Below are positions 9,261-18,384 of a DNA stretch of 64,000 nt, piece by piece. The stretch is from NCBI GenBank assembly GCA_038046805.1, contig JBBSVO010000002.1, positions 2,528-66,527 of the forward strand. Reading direction: 5' to 3'. The DNA is from Candidatus Micrarchaeota archaeon. Its GTDB lineage: Archaea > Micrarchaeota > Micrarchaeia > Anstonellales > Bilamarchaeaceae. Made by a program: the position numbers and the translations under genes. Numbering within the stretch: position 1 is the first letter of the stretch; the number at the start of each line of letters is the position of its first letter. Below the pieces are notes generated by a model. The model ran no database searches and was not told the DNA's origin. It saw only the letters and a program-made list of their open reading frames with translations.

Positions 9261-9782
9261 ATGATGGCTTTTGATATTCTTCAGCTTATCCTGTTCATCT
9301 TGCCTGCATATATAGCGAATGCTGTGCCCGTGCTTCTTGGAGGCGGAACATATCTTGACCTGGGAAAGAACTGGAATGACGGTGGACGGATATTCGGGGA
9401 TGGAAAAACAATCCGCGGGTTCATTGCAGGTGTAGTTGCAGGGTTTCTTGCAGGAATAGTGCTGGCATTCTTTGCTCCATCAGTGTTTTTTGCCAGCATG
9501 AGAAACCAGATTCTCGGAGCATTCGCGCTTTCCTTTGGAACCATGTTTGGGGATGCTGCAGGAAGCTTTGTAAAGCGAAGGATGAAAATAGAACCAGGAA
9601 AGCCGTTTATATTAGACCAGCTTTCTTTCCTTGCGTTTGCGCTTGTTTTTGTAGCCCCGCTTTCCCTTCCATATCTATTTGAACCGGTTTCCATAGGATT
9701 TTTATTTGTGCTTACATATGTCCTTCATATCGGGACAAACACCCTTGCCAATAAGCTCGGGTTGAAAAAAGTCCCGTGGTGA
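9261..9782 (+). CDS. carS: CDP-archaeol synthase (CarS, DUF46 family)
   Basis: 'LPAYIANAVPVLLGGG...LDLG...DGGRIFGDGKTIRGFIAGVVAG' and 'GDAAGSFVKRR' match CarS. The start is placed at the first ATG (9261) rather than the GTG at 9237. Confidence 0.8.
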   Translation: MMAFDILQLILFILPAYIANAVPVLLGGGTYLDLGKNWNDGGRIFGDGKTIRGFIAGVVAGFLAGIVLAFFAPSVFFASMRNQILGAFALSFGTMFGDAAGSFVKRRMKIEPGKPFILDQLSFLAFALVFVAPLSLPYLFEPVSIGFLFVLTYVLHIGTNTLANKLGLKKVPW

Positions 9783-9791
9783 GCTTCAGAT

Positions 9792-10880
9792 ATGTTGGAC
9801 AAGAAATTCCTTGACGAGGCAAAGGCGCGCGGAAAACTTATTTTTCATTCGGAGGAAATAGACTACGCACGGTTCAGAGAAGACTTCAGAAGCATTGTTC
9901 GCGGAACAGTGGTTATACTTGACGGAAGCGATCGGACCGTGAACGGGTTTCCGCATATCGCCCGCGTGTTCACGCTCGAAAAGGGAATCGTGCGGAACAT
10001 CAAATCAGATTCGTTTTATGCAGAGGAGAAGATAGACGGCTTCAATCTTCGCGTTGCAAAAATCGGAAAAAAGAAATTCGCATTCTCGCGCGGGGGGTTT
10101 GTTGATCCGTTTTCAACCGAAAAAGTTCGTTCTGATAAAGTTGTGCCGGATTCATTCTTTCGGGATTATCCAGACCATGTCCTGTGCGGAGAAATGATCG
10201 GCAATACGCCTTACACCCCGCCAACAAGTGATTTTGACGTGAAGTTCCTAGTTTTTGATATCGCGGATGAAAACGGAAATTACCTGAATCCACAGGAAAA
10301 ATACGCGGTTCTGAAAAAATACGATATCGAAAGCGTTCCGCAGCTCGGAAAATTCACAAAAAGCATTGGAGATATGAAACGGCTTAAGGAGCTTGCTATT
10401 GCACTTAATAAATCCCATAAAGAAGGGATGGTTCTGAAGGCAGACGACCGGAAGTCTGTAGTCAAATTCGTTACTCCAAATGCTGACATTGATGACATTG
10501 CGCGCAATTCCCACCTTTTATTTGATATGCCTACCGGATTCTTCATCCAGCGCCTGCTCCGTTCCTCAATTTTTGTCAGGGAATTCGGTCTTGACCAGAA
10601 AAAGTATGCAGGAGAGCTTGGCAACGCGTTCTCGGAGCGGCTTATATCAACATTGAAAGACGCCGAAGCAGGCAGCGGAGTCTCGGAGGAATTTGAAGTC
10701 CTTCTCCCGGATTCAAAAATCTGGGATGGGATAATGAAGCACATGAGCAAAGAGGTGCGAGTGGAAATAATTTCGCGTTCAGAAACAAAATCAGGGATTC
10801 GCATACGATTCAAGAAAATCTATAAAAAGACTGGCAAAAAGCTGCATGAGGCATTAAGCGGAAAGGGACAGGAGGATTAA
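9792..10880 (+). CDS. ATP-dependent RNA ligase (Pab1020/Rnl3-like)
   Basis: Nucleotidyltransferase motif I 'EEKIDGFNLRV' (KxDG). Size and layout match archaeal homodimeric RNA ligases. Confidence 0.75.
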   Translation: MLDKKFLDEAKARGKLIFHSEEIDYARFREDFRSIVRGTVVILDGSDRTVNGFPHIARVFTLEKGIVRNIKSDSFYAEEKIDGFNLRVAKIGKKKFAFSRGGFVDPFSTEKVRSDKVVPDSFFRDYPDHVLCGEMIGNTPYTPPTSDFDVKFLVFDIADENGNYLNPQEKYAVLKKYDIESVPQLGKFTKSIGDMKRLKELAIALNKSHKEGMVLKADDRKSVVKFVTPNADIDDIARNSHLLFDMPTGFFIQRLLRSSIFVREFGLDQKKYAGELGNAFSERLISTLKDAEAGSGVSEEFEVLLPDSKIWDGIMKHMSKEVRVEIISRSETKSGIRIRFKKIYKKTGKKLHEALSGKGQED

Positions 10881-11037
10881 CTGTCTCCAGTTTCGGGTTC
10901 CGCGTTTTAGGTCTTGTTTCCTGTTTTCAGTTCTGGGTTTCCGGTTCTATCTAAATACAATTCCTGGCGTCCCCGACCAATAAGATTTTGTACTGCTAAC
11001 GATACATTTTTAAGCATTTTTGTATTATCAATAGTAC

Positions 11038-12294
11038 ATGAAAGACATAATAAAACGCCTCCTTATTGAGTTCTGGGAGTCCAAACCAGCATTTATACCT
11101 CGCCATAAGATACCAGCAGAACTGGTACGAGGAAAACATTCGCTGGTGCTTACGGGTCCACGCCGTGCTGGCAAAAGTTTTTCGGTTCACGAGATTCAAT
11201 CCCAAACCCCAAAAGACATTCCCAATAATATTATTTTCCTGAACTTTGAAGATGACAGGCTTGAAGGGTTTGGAAAGGGGCATTTTGACCTGATACTGGA
11301 AGGATATCATGAACTAAGGCATGAAAAAGCTTTACTGTTCCTTGATGAGGTTCACGTAGTTGATGGCTGGGATGGATTTGTGAGGCGTCTTGCTGATACG
11401 GGGTATAAGGTAGTTGTAACAGGCTCCAATTCAGAATTACTGAGTCGGGAGATTGCAGAAAAGCTTGGCGCACGGTTTACTGAAATAACAATCTTCCCGC
11501 TCGATTTCAAGGAATTCCTGCGGTTTAAAGGCTTTGTAATCAAGCCCGAAACCATATTCTCAAAAGATCGCTTTGCAATAAAGAAGCTCTCATGGGAATA
11601 TCTTTCTTTTGGCGGTTTTCCGGAAATTGCTCAGCTGAACGACGAAGTGGCAAAACGGAGGGTGCTTCAGACATATTTTGACCTTGTTTTCTTCAAGGAT
11701 TTAATCGGTAGAAAGAAGCTTGAGAATGAAGAAGCGCTCAGGTTTATAGTAAAGAAAATACGGGAAAACGTCGGGAATATAATCTCGCCAAGGGCAATAT
11801 ATGCCGCAGCAAAAAAGGCAGGGGTTGAAGTGGGCCCAAATACAGTTGAAAAATACCTGAGCTATCTTGAAGAAGCATTTCTGGTGGTTCCTTGCCTTCC
11901 ATTTGCAAAATCTGTATTGAAGCAGGAAAGGAAAAAAAGGTTTTTTGTAGACAATGGCTATCTGAAGCTTTTTGAGCTGAAAGAGGATATGGGTCTGATG
12001 CTTGAAAATCTGGTTTTCATGGAATTGATAAAAAACGGGAAAAGCGTTTGCTATCATCAGGGAAAGAAAGAGTGCGATTTCATTGTGGATGGGGCGCAGG
12101 CCATTCAGGTTGCTTATGAGCTATCTGAAAAAAACGAGGAACGAGAGCTAGAAGGTCTGCTTGAAGCCATGGAAGTGCATGGGCTGAAAGACGGGTTAGT
12201 AATAACATTTGACGAGGAAAAGCAGGTAAAAATAAATGGCATTACAGTAAAGGTTGTTCCGCTATGGAAATGGATATTACAAACTAAAATATAA
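11038..12294 (+). CDS. AAA+ ATPase, AAA_14 + DUF4143 family (second copy)
   Basis: Walker A 'LTGPRRAGKS', Walker B 'LLFLDEVHVV', and a DUF4143-like C-terminal half ending in a restriction-endonuclease-like 'ECDFIV' region. Confidence 0.85.
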   Translation: MKDIIKRLLIEFWESKPAFIPRHKIPAELVRGKHSLVLTGPRRAGKSFSVHEIQSQTPKDIPNNIIFLNFEDDRLEGFGKGHFDLILEGYHELRHEKALLFLDEVHVVDGWDGFVRRLADTGYKVVVTGSNSELLSREIAEKLGARFTEITIFPLDFKEFLRFKGFVIKPETIFSKDRFAIKKLSWEYLSFGGFPEIAQLNDEVAKRRVLQTYFDLVFFKDLIGRKKLENEEALRFIVKKIRENVGNIISPRAIYAAAKKAGVEVGPNTVEKYLSYLEEAFLVVPCLPFAKSVLKQERKKRFFVDNGYLKLFELKEDMGLMLENLVFMELIKNGKSVCYHQGKKECDFIVDGAQAIQVAYELSEKNEERELEGLLEAMEVHGLKDGLVITFDEEKQVKINGITVKVVPLWKWILQTKI

Positions 12295-12374
12295 AAATTT
12301 GTTGGGTCCATCCTAAATTCTGTTGAAACTCCGTTCGCCATGATTCGGATAACCAGCTCGCATACACTTGTTTA

Positions 12375-12776
12375 TTATGCAGGCAGCTTTCTTTCCATGC
12401 CACGTGATTGTGCTGGTTGTCCAGCCGGTCCTTTAAACCCTGGAGGCAGGGTTTCTCCACCCATATTCGCACCAGTCCTTTGAGTGATATACTTCGTTAC
12501 AATAACAAGAGGGCCTCCCTCTTTTTTCTGTTTGATTACTTTTTGTGCTGCTTCCTTCACCGCATCGCTCAAATCTGTTCTCTCAAGCAATTCTGCAATC
12601 TCATTAATCCTTCCAACTCCTTCACAAACTTCTATTCCTGTAAGCAACGCATTTTCCAGATGGGTTTTTGTTTCAGTATCAGTAGCGGTGCGTATAATTT
12701 GGTCAAATCTCTTACTTTTCCATTATTTCCCAGAGTTTTCAATGCACCTAAACATTCGTTCGTAGTAACGTCTTGC
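12375..12776 (-). pseudogene. Possible frameshifted small gene (hypothetical protein)
   Basis: An ATG at 12776 lies about 35 nt downstream of a 'ctttaaaag' TATA-like box. It opens a 48-codon frame (MQDVTTNECLGALKTLGNNGK...). A coding-like frame (..TDTETKTHLENALLTGIEVCEGVGRINEIAELLERTDLSDAVKEAAQKVIKQKKEGGPLVIV..) continues in a different frame down to 12375. The switch point is near the 'ggaaaag' run. Confidence 0.3.
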
Positions 12777-12889
12777 ATAATTATCCACCCATCCTATTTG
12801 TTCTGGGTATATCTTTTAAAGTTATGTTCTATAACAGGATATGGTTGTGATTAAGTAGAATAGCCCATACGAACCAAATCCCAAATTTT

Positions 12890-13462
12890 TTATCTTTTCT
12901 TCTTCAACAGCGCACCGAATTTCGAAGCATTTATCCATTCGCATCCCATATCATTTGCGAAATTAAGCACGCCTTCATCAGCAGAAACAAGCGTCGCATC
13001 CAGTTCCTTTGCAAGAAGCACAAGTTCAAAATCCTCCTTGCTGTCTAGTATCCCGGTGCGCATCGAATCGCGGTATTTGTCCCGCAATTTCGCAAGTTTC
13101 ATATCATTATCCGGACGATTATCCTTTGCGAATTCTTCCGCAAGTCTGAGTCCCTTATTTATGCGAATCCGCACGTCCTCAACGAAATTGTAAAACACAG
13201 CCGCTGGCAGGTACATTGCATGCATATTAGGGGACCTTTTGCGAACCACAAGCTCAAGCTCATCGCAAGCCGCTCCGCCTGCAAAATTCCTAAGCTCATG
13301 AATCACCGATGCGGGCATGAAAAATTCCACGTTCTTCATTCTTGAAACTTTTTTCAGGAATCCCATAACTGCAGAAGGTGTGTCGGTTCCAAAATCCCCG
13401 CGCACATTCGGATTAACGAACAAACTAGTGTCTATTACAAATTTTTTTGAGTTTTTTGCCAT
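12890..13462 (-). CDS. PIN-domain protein resembling RNA-free RNase P (HARP / former UPF0278 family)
   Basis: 190 aa with N-terminal 'KKFVIDTSLFVNPNVR...FFMPASVIHELRNF' and C-terminal 'LVSADEGVLNFA'. These fit my recollection of the HARP/UPF0278 pattern. The assignment is from memory, not from a search. Confidence 0.55.
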   Translation of the reverse strand: MAKNSKKFVIDTSLFVNPNVRGDFGTDTPSAVMGFLKKVSRMKNVEFFMPASVIHELRNFAGGAACDELELVVRKRSPNMHAMYLPAAVFYNFVEDVRIRINKGLRLAEEFAKDNRPDNDMKLAKLRDKYRDSMRTGILDSKEDFELVLLAKELDATLVSADEGVLNFANDMGCEWINASKFGALLKKKR

Positions 13463-13474
13463 ATTATCATCTTT

Positions 13475-14476
13475 TTATATAAGCTTTATTAATCCTCTTC
13501 CAACCTCTGGTATGTTCCCTCCGAACAGGCTTGTGCTGGATAACACAAATGTAAGAGTTATTGTAAGCGCCATAAGCGGGATAAGACATATGCTGAGTGT
13601 GAGCTGTTTCACTACTTTGCCGGATATGAATTCAGTTATCATAGAAGTTGACTGAATGTTTCTTTCTATCCAGGATTCCGCCTCTTTTATTTTTGTCTGG
13701 TCAAACATCCCGCTTGAGCTTAAAGGATTGTCTTTTAGCACTGGTATCGCGCACCAGTCTCCACTGTAATCCAGTACCATCAGATCAGTCACTATATACG
13801 AAAGCGGAAATATGAAATACATCCCTATTGCAAATGCCATAACATACGCTCCGGCACCGCGCGTTGGGGGAAATGAACGCATCAATATTCCTGCTGGAAG
13901 AAGAATCGTAAGCGCAGTATATTTTACAAAATTTAAAATATTCACAAAAAGGTAGTATATGAATGTGTAGAATGTTATTGCATTCGTAGTGTTTGATATT
14001 CTTTCGGTTACTGCCTTTACTGCAAATCCGGATGCGACTTCCGACATGAATATTTCGATATATGTACTTGCCGCCATTTCGTGCGGTATCGCTATGATAT
14101 AAAGTGTCGTCATAGCGTTTTTCATACAATCTACCTTTGGTTTCATAAGCGCCTTTGTAAGCTCTATCATGGAAGAATCCGTTGGAACATTGTTCGCACC
14201 AATAGCCTGTTGGGATATGTCATTCATCACGCCCTCCATGAGCGGCTCCATTTCATTCAGAAACAATACGAGGAACAAAACCAGTATCACTGTTGATGCG
14301 GCGAAAACCATCTCGGCTTTTGCATTCTGCTCAAGGTTTTTCAGATCGAAATATTTTGAAACCATCCACAGGATAGTCGCAGCAAACACTGATGCAATCG
14401 TTGCAAGGGCAACGGCGCCCATCCATTGCGGATCCGGAAGCGGTGCAATATTTCCTGCCAGAACACTCATAATCAT
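13475..14476 (-). CDS. Polytopic membrane protein, tandem-array paralog 6 (uncharacterised family)
   Basis: Shares with the five upstream ORFs a TM-'AKAE'-TM hairpin, the loop motif 'LLPAGILMRSFPPTRGAG', and the C-terminal tail 'GGNIPEVGRGLIKLI'. Confidence 0.8.
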   Translation of the reverse strand: MIMSVLAGNIAPLPDPQWMGAVALATIASVFAATILWMVSKYFDLKNLEQNAKAEMVFAASTVILVLFLVLFLNEMEPLMEGVMNDISQQAIGANNVPTDSSMIELTKALMKPKVDCMKNAMTTLYIIAIPHEMAASTYIEIFMSEVASGFAVKAVTERISNTTNAITFYTFIYYLFVNILNFVKYTALTILLPAGILMRSFPPTRGAGAYVMAFAIGMYFIFPLSYIVTDLMVLDYSGDWCAIPVLKDNPLSSSGMFDQTKIKEAESWIERNIQSTSMITEFISGKVVKQLTLSICLIPLMALTITLTFVLSSTSLFGGNIPEVGRGLIKLI

Positions 14477-14489
14477 TACCTGACCTTTC

Positions 14490-15650
14490 TCATATCAGCC
14501 TCGTCAGGCTGCTTATGTCTATTTCTTCACCCATTGTCTTGCTTATGCCTTTTATTGCATGTATTATCAAAAGAATGTTAAATGCTGATGCGAGTCCGAG
14601 TATTATCACAATTCCTATCATCATCATTGGGAGTATGAGGGCCATGTACATCGCGCCTCCGGTTCCGCTTTTGATCAGATTAACAATGAGATTTCCGGTA
14701 GAATATTCCTGAACAGGGCTTGGAGCAGAGCCTGGCGGTCCATTGTTAAGGTTTGGCGTAATCTTCGGGCCTACCCCTACCCAGTTCTCCGCGAATTTAT
14801 CTGCATTGAGCTTTGCCTTATCTGAAGTTATACTAAACACCGGTTTGGCATAAGCCTCCATATTTCCGATCGTTTCTTTTGCGAAATTATCTGTGGTTTC
14901 TCTTAATATCTCTCCGGTTATCACAGTCAAGGCAGGATATATGAACAAAAATCCTATTCCAATTGCAATCAATGTTCCTCCAATCCGCCTTGTTGGCGTG
15001 AAGCACCTCATCATTATCCCGATTGGCAGATAATATTTCAAAAATCCAACTAGCGCGAATTCAAACACTACTTTCTGCGCGTAGTTTGTTATGAATACGA
15101 TTGCAAGGAAATTTGTTGCCTGGTATAAGACATTTTTTATCGGGGCTCCAAGCCCTGCGCCTGGAGAGCTGACCAGTCCAAGACCCAGAGGCTTTGAAAA
15201 TATAGTTGTACTTGCAAGCATGTCAGCCTGCATTGCAAAGAAGTGGTTTGTGATCATTACTCCTATAATCGCTTCTCCATTGTAATTGAAAAAATCCATT
15301 GCCGAGCTGTACATGTTCCAATCCTTATGCGCCGATTCCGGGAATATCCACCCTACTTTTATTTCGCAGAATCTTCCGACCATGAATGCTATCGCAATTA
15401 TTATGATTGCCGTGACAAAAAGTTCATTTACCTCGAATTTCGCATATGCGCTGAGCTCCTGGTTTCTGAACATGACTCCAAAAAGATATATGATTGCAAG
15501 TATCGCTGCTGATGCCGCAAGCGCAATGCCTGCGATTCCCATCCAGTCTGGAAGTCCAAGTGCTGCCATTCCCGAACCGAAGCTTAGTTTCGCCGCAAGT
15601 TCGGTCGTCTTTCCAGCTTCGCACATGACACTTGTTATCTCAACTACCAT
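14490..15650 (-). CDS. Polytopic membrane protein, tandem-array paralog 5
   Basis: 'LPDWMGIAGIALAAS', 'YAKFEV', 'YLPIGIMMRCFTPTRRIG', and the tail 'MGEEIDISSLTRLI'. Confidence 0.8.
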   Translation of the reverse strand: MVVEITSVMCEAGKTTELAAKLSFGSGMAALGLPDWMGIAGIALAASAAILAIIYLFGVMFRNQELSAYAKFEVNELFVTAIIIIAIAFMVGRFCEIKVGWIFPESAHKDWNMYSSAMDFFNYNGEAIIGVMITNHFFAMQADMLASTTIFSKPLGLGLVSSPGAGLGAPIKNVLYQATNFLAIVFITNYAQKVVFEFALVGFLKYYLPIGIMMRCFTPTRRIGGTLIAIGIGFLFIYPALTVITGEILRETTDNFAKETIGNMEAYAKPVFSITSDKAKLNADKFAENWVGVGPKITPNLNNGPPGSAPSPVQEYSTGNLIVNLIKSGTGGAMYMALILPMMMIGIVIILGLASAFNILLIIHAIKGISKTMGEEIDISSLTRLI

Positions 15651-15685
15651 GTTTTACCCTCTCGCAAATATTCATTATGCAATTC

Positions 15686-16990
15686 CTATATCAATTTCAC
15701 AAACGAAGTAAAACTCACTTCTGAGCCGAAAAACCTTGCGATTTCCTTTGCCGCAGTCAGTGTAACAAATATGTTTATGAACGGAAGGATAATGCTCACA
15801 ATTACGATGTAATATACCGCGCTTTTCACTATGTCAAATACAAGGCTGATTACCCCTCCTATGAGTATCGGAACAAGTATTGATCCAACGAGCATTGCGA
15901 GGATTATCGCGGTTATTCCAGCCCCAAAAAGTCCTGTTGAGGTAAAGAAATTTTCCAGGAGTGTGTCGCTTGGGAGTACTACCGGGGAAGTTAGTTTGTA
16001 TGCCTCCCAGTTCATTATCATCATTACTGGATAAACGATTACGAATGAGAACACCAGCGCAAAGAGCGCGGTTCCTGCACTGCGGGTTTGAGGGAATGCC
16101 CGAAGCAGCATTGCCGCGGGAATAAATATTGCGAAAACCCATTTCTTTGTAAAGCACAATATATAGAAGTGGGCAACCCATTCAACAAGGGTTGCTGATA
16201 AAAATTGTATCACGATGCCAACGATATCTACAATCGGCTTTAACACCGGACCAACGTTGAATGAGAACATTGCCTTGAACGTTATTCCTACGTATATTGT
16301 TGCACTGTAAAGTGTATGCAGCCACATATTAAACAGCAAAAGAGAGGAAAGATTGCTTGCTATCTGGTAAGTCATATATTGCGAGTATATCATCGCAGCG
16401 TCTATTATCGAAGTAGTCTGTTTGTATATGGCGTCTTCTGCAAGTTCCGAGCCGGGAGCTATTTTGACATTGAACCATATATTCATCGTGACCATTATTC
16501 CTATGATAAAAACTGCCAGAAATATTGTCATTAGTGTCTGCCACCATTCCTCTCTGGCTATTGAAAGAAGTTGAGGTGATTGCAGTGCCTGACCCACAAG
16601 GTATAATACAGCGATTGCCAGAAAGATTATTCCTGCTGCATATATAGAATATGAAAGCATGTTGGCGTATTTTCCAGCGTCAAATTCTCCCTTTGCCTTT
16701 GCAGCCTTTGGGGCGGCGTCCTCTGCCCATGCATCCTCGCATGTTATCCTGTCAAGCGGTCCGGAAATGGTCTTGAATGCCCAACTGCCTATATTCTTGA
16801 GCCCGTCTATAGAGTAAGATTGGATAACATTGCTTGAATCCGTATATGATTTCCAGCTGTTTGGATCGTTTGGTTCTGTGGGTTGCGCAAATGTAACACT
16901 ACCTAAAATAAAAATGAGCAAAATCACTGCAAGTGCAGGTACCCCTGACCTGGGCTTCCATACTTGTGCAGTTTCCTTTGTTTCGTTCAT
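15686..16990 (-). CDS. Polytopic membrane protein, tandem-array paralog 4 (with N-terminal signal/anchor)
   Basis: 'FIPAAMLLRAFPQTRSAG' and the tail 'FGSEVSFTSFVKLI'. The N-terminus 'VPALAVILLIFILGSVTFAQP' looks like a signal peptide. Confidence 0.8.
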   Translation of the reverse strand: MNETKETAQVWKPRSGVPALAVILLIFILGSVTFAQPTEPNDPNSWKSYTDSSNVIQSYSIDGLKNIGSWAFKTISGPLDRITCEDAWAEDAAPKAAKAKGEFDAGKYANMLSYSIYAAGIIFLAIAVLYLVGQALQSPQLLSIAREEWWQTLMTIFLAVFIIGIMVTMNIWFNVKIAPGSELAEDAIYKQTTSIIDAAMIYSQYMTYQIASNLSSLLLFNMWLHTLYSATIYVGITFKAMFSFNVGPVLKPIVDIVGIVIQFLSATLVEWVAHFYILCFTKKWVFAIFIPAAMLLRAFPQTRSAGTALFALVFSFVIVYPVMMIMNWEAYKLTSPVVLPSDTLLENFFTSTGLFGAGITAIILAMLVGSILVPILIGGVISLVFDIVKSAVYYIVIVSIILPFINIFVTLTAAKEIARFFGSEVSFTSFVKLI

Positions 16991-17061
16991 TTTATCATCC
17001 GTATTTTTTACTCTTTTATAATCTCTTATGATCTAATTGCGTGGTTATCAATCTCCATTTA

Positions 17062-18384
17062 TCATATCAGGTGTGTTAGTCCTGCAATTTCCAGATCTCC
17101 GCCAAATATTGCAGACATGCTTTTTATCGCAGCAATAGTTGCCATGACCCCGAGAAATGAAAAGAACAGGGAAAAAAATGTAAGCCTGCTTGCCGCGTCT
17201 ATGTATCCTCCGCGTGCAAGGGTTTCAGTGATGACTTTCCCAGGATTATACCAGTTTTGCTGGTCCAGTTCTTTGCCCCAGATATTAACTTCGTCTTCCA
17301 TACTCTTTGTTTTCTTTCCTTCTTCCACAGCATTATCTATTACCCCGCAAAAATCCAAACCCAAATCCGTCCCGCCTAATTTGTTCATCGGACTTCCGGT
17401 TCCTGTTCCGCCAAATGCATCTGTTCCATAATTGCTTTTTCCAGCCGCCTCTATCTCGTTATACCCTAACACTCCGCCACTCATGATCTTTCCGAATATC
17501 GGAAGGTCATCTTTTTCAACATATATAGAACTTATCGCGAGCGCATTCGGATCCCCTCCGGATGCAGTTATCGCCTTTAGTTTCATCTGCCCGTAGAATA
17601 CTCCTCCGAGCGCATAAAACATTGGGAATATAAAAAACATCGAAAGAGCCATTGCCATTAGTAATCCTCCAAGTTTTCTGGTGAAGAAAAATGTTCTAAG
17701 TACGATTCCAATGGTAAACATTACTGGGAAGATACCCATTGCTATAAACCTGAGAAGAACTTCCTGGAATTTCGTTATCGTCATCAATTTAACTGTATAA
17801 TCAAACATATTTGATTTTACTATATTTCCCTGCACGAAAAATCCTTTTATTGGAGTATATGCAAATACCCCTGTTTTTTCTCCTGTTATTTCTATGTTCA
17901 GGTTTACTTCTGCAAGCATGGACGTGACGATATATTCCCGATACATCTGCGAAGCAAGTTCATTGCCTTCGTTGAATATGGAATTCAGGAAATGCATCCC
18001 AACCTTTATGTGGCAGGGAAGTCCGTCGTAGTAATCTGCCTTTGCAAACGCATCGCTACAGACTGCCTGCCCCAGAACGTCTTTTCCAATTGGTTCGTTC
18101 GGGTTTGTAACAAGCGATTCCGCGACCTGGTTTGCACCTCCCAAAAACGAAATAGTAAGTACAATGAGGACTGCAGAGTAAATTACTTCCACAACTTCTA
18201 TTCTTGCCCAGGTCTTTATCTTGTCATTGGAAAGAAAGGCCCCAAGAATATATACCAAACTAAGAATTCCAGCAGATATTACAAGCAATACTGCTGCAAT
18301 TTGTAACCAGTCAGTGTATACGCTAGTGAGAAATCCAAGCGCATTGCCGTTTTTCAATAATTCAATGTCAATCATTTTTATCAT
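17062..18384 (-). CDS. Polytopic membrane protein, tandem-array paralog 3
   Basis: 'DWLQIAAVLLV', 'WARIEV', 'TIGIVLRTFFFTRKLG', and the tail 'FGGDLEIAGLTHLI'. Confidence 0.8.
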   Translation of the reverse strand: MIKMIDIELLKNGNALGFLTSVYTDWLQIAAVLLVISAGILSLVYILGAFLSNDKIKTWARIEVVEVIYSAVLIVLTISFLGGANQVAESLVTNPNEPIGKDVLGQAVCSDAFAKADYYDGLPCHIKVGMHFLNSIFNEGNELASQMYREYIVTSMLAEVNLNIEITGEKTGVFAYTPIKGFFVQGNIVKSNMFDYTVKLMTITKFQEVLLRFIAMGIFPVMFTIGIVLRTFFFTRKLGGLLMAMALSMFFIFPMFYALGGVFYGQMKLKAITASGGDPNALAISSIYVEKDDLPIFGKIMSGGVLGYNEIEAAGKSNYGTDAFGGTGTGSPMNKLGGTDLGLDFCGVIDNAVEEGKKTKSMEDEVNIWGKELDQQNWYNPGKVITETLARGGYIDAASRLTFFSLFFSFLGVMATIAAIKSMSAIFGGDLEIAGLTHLI

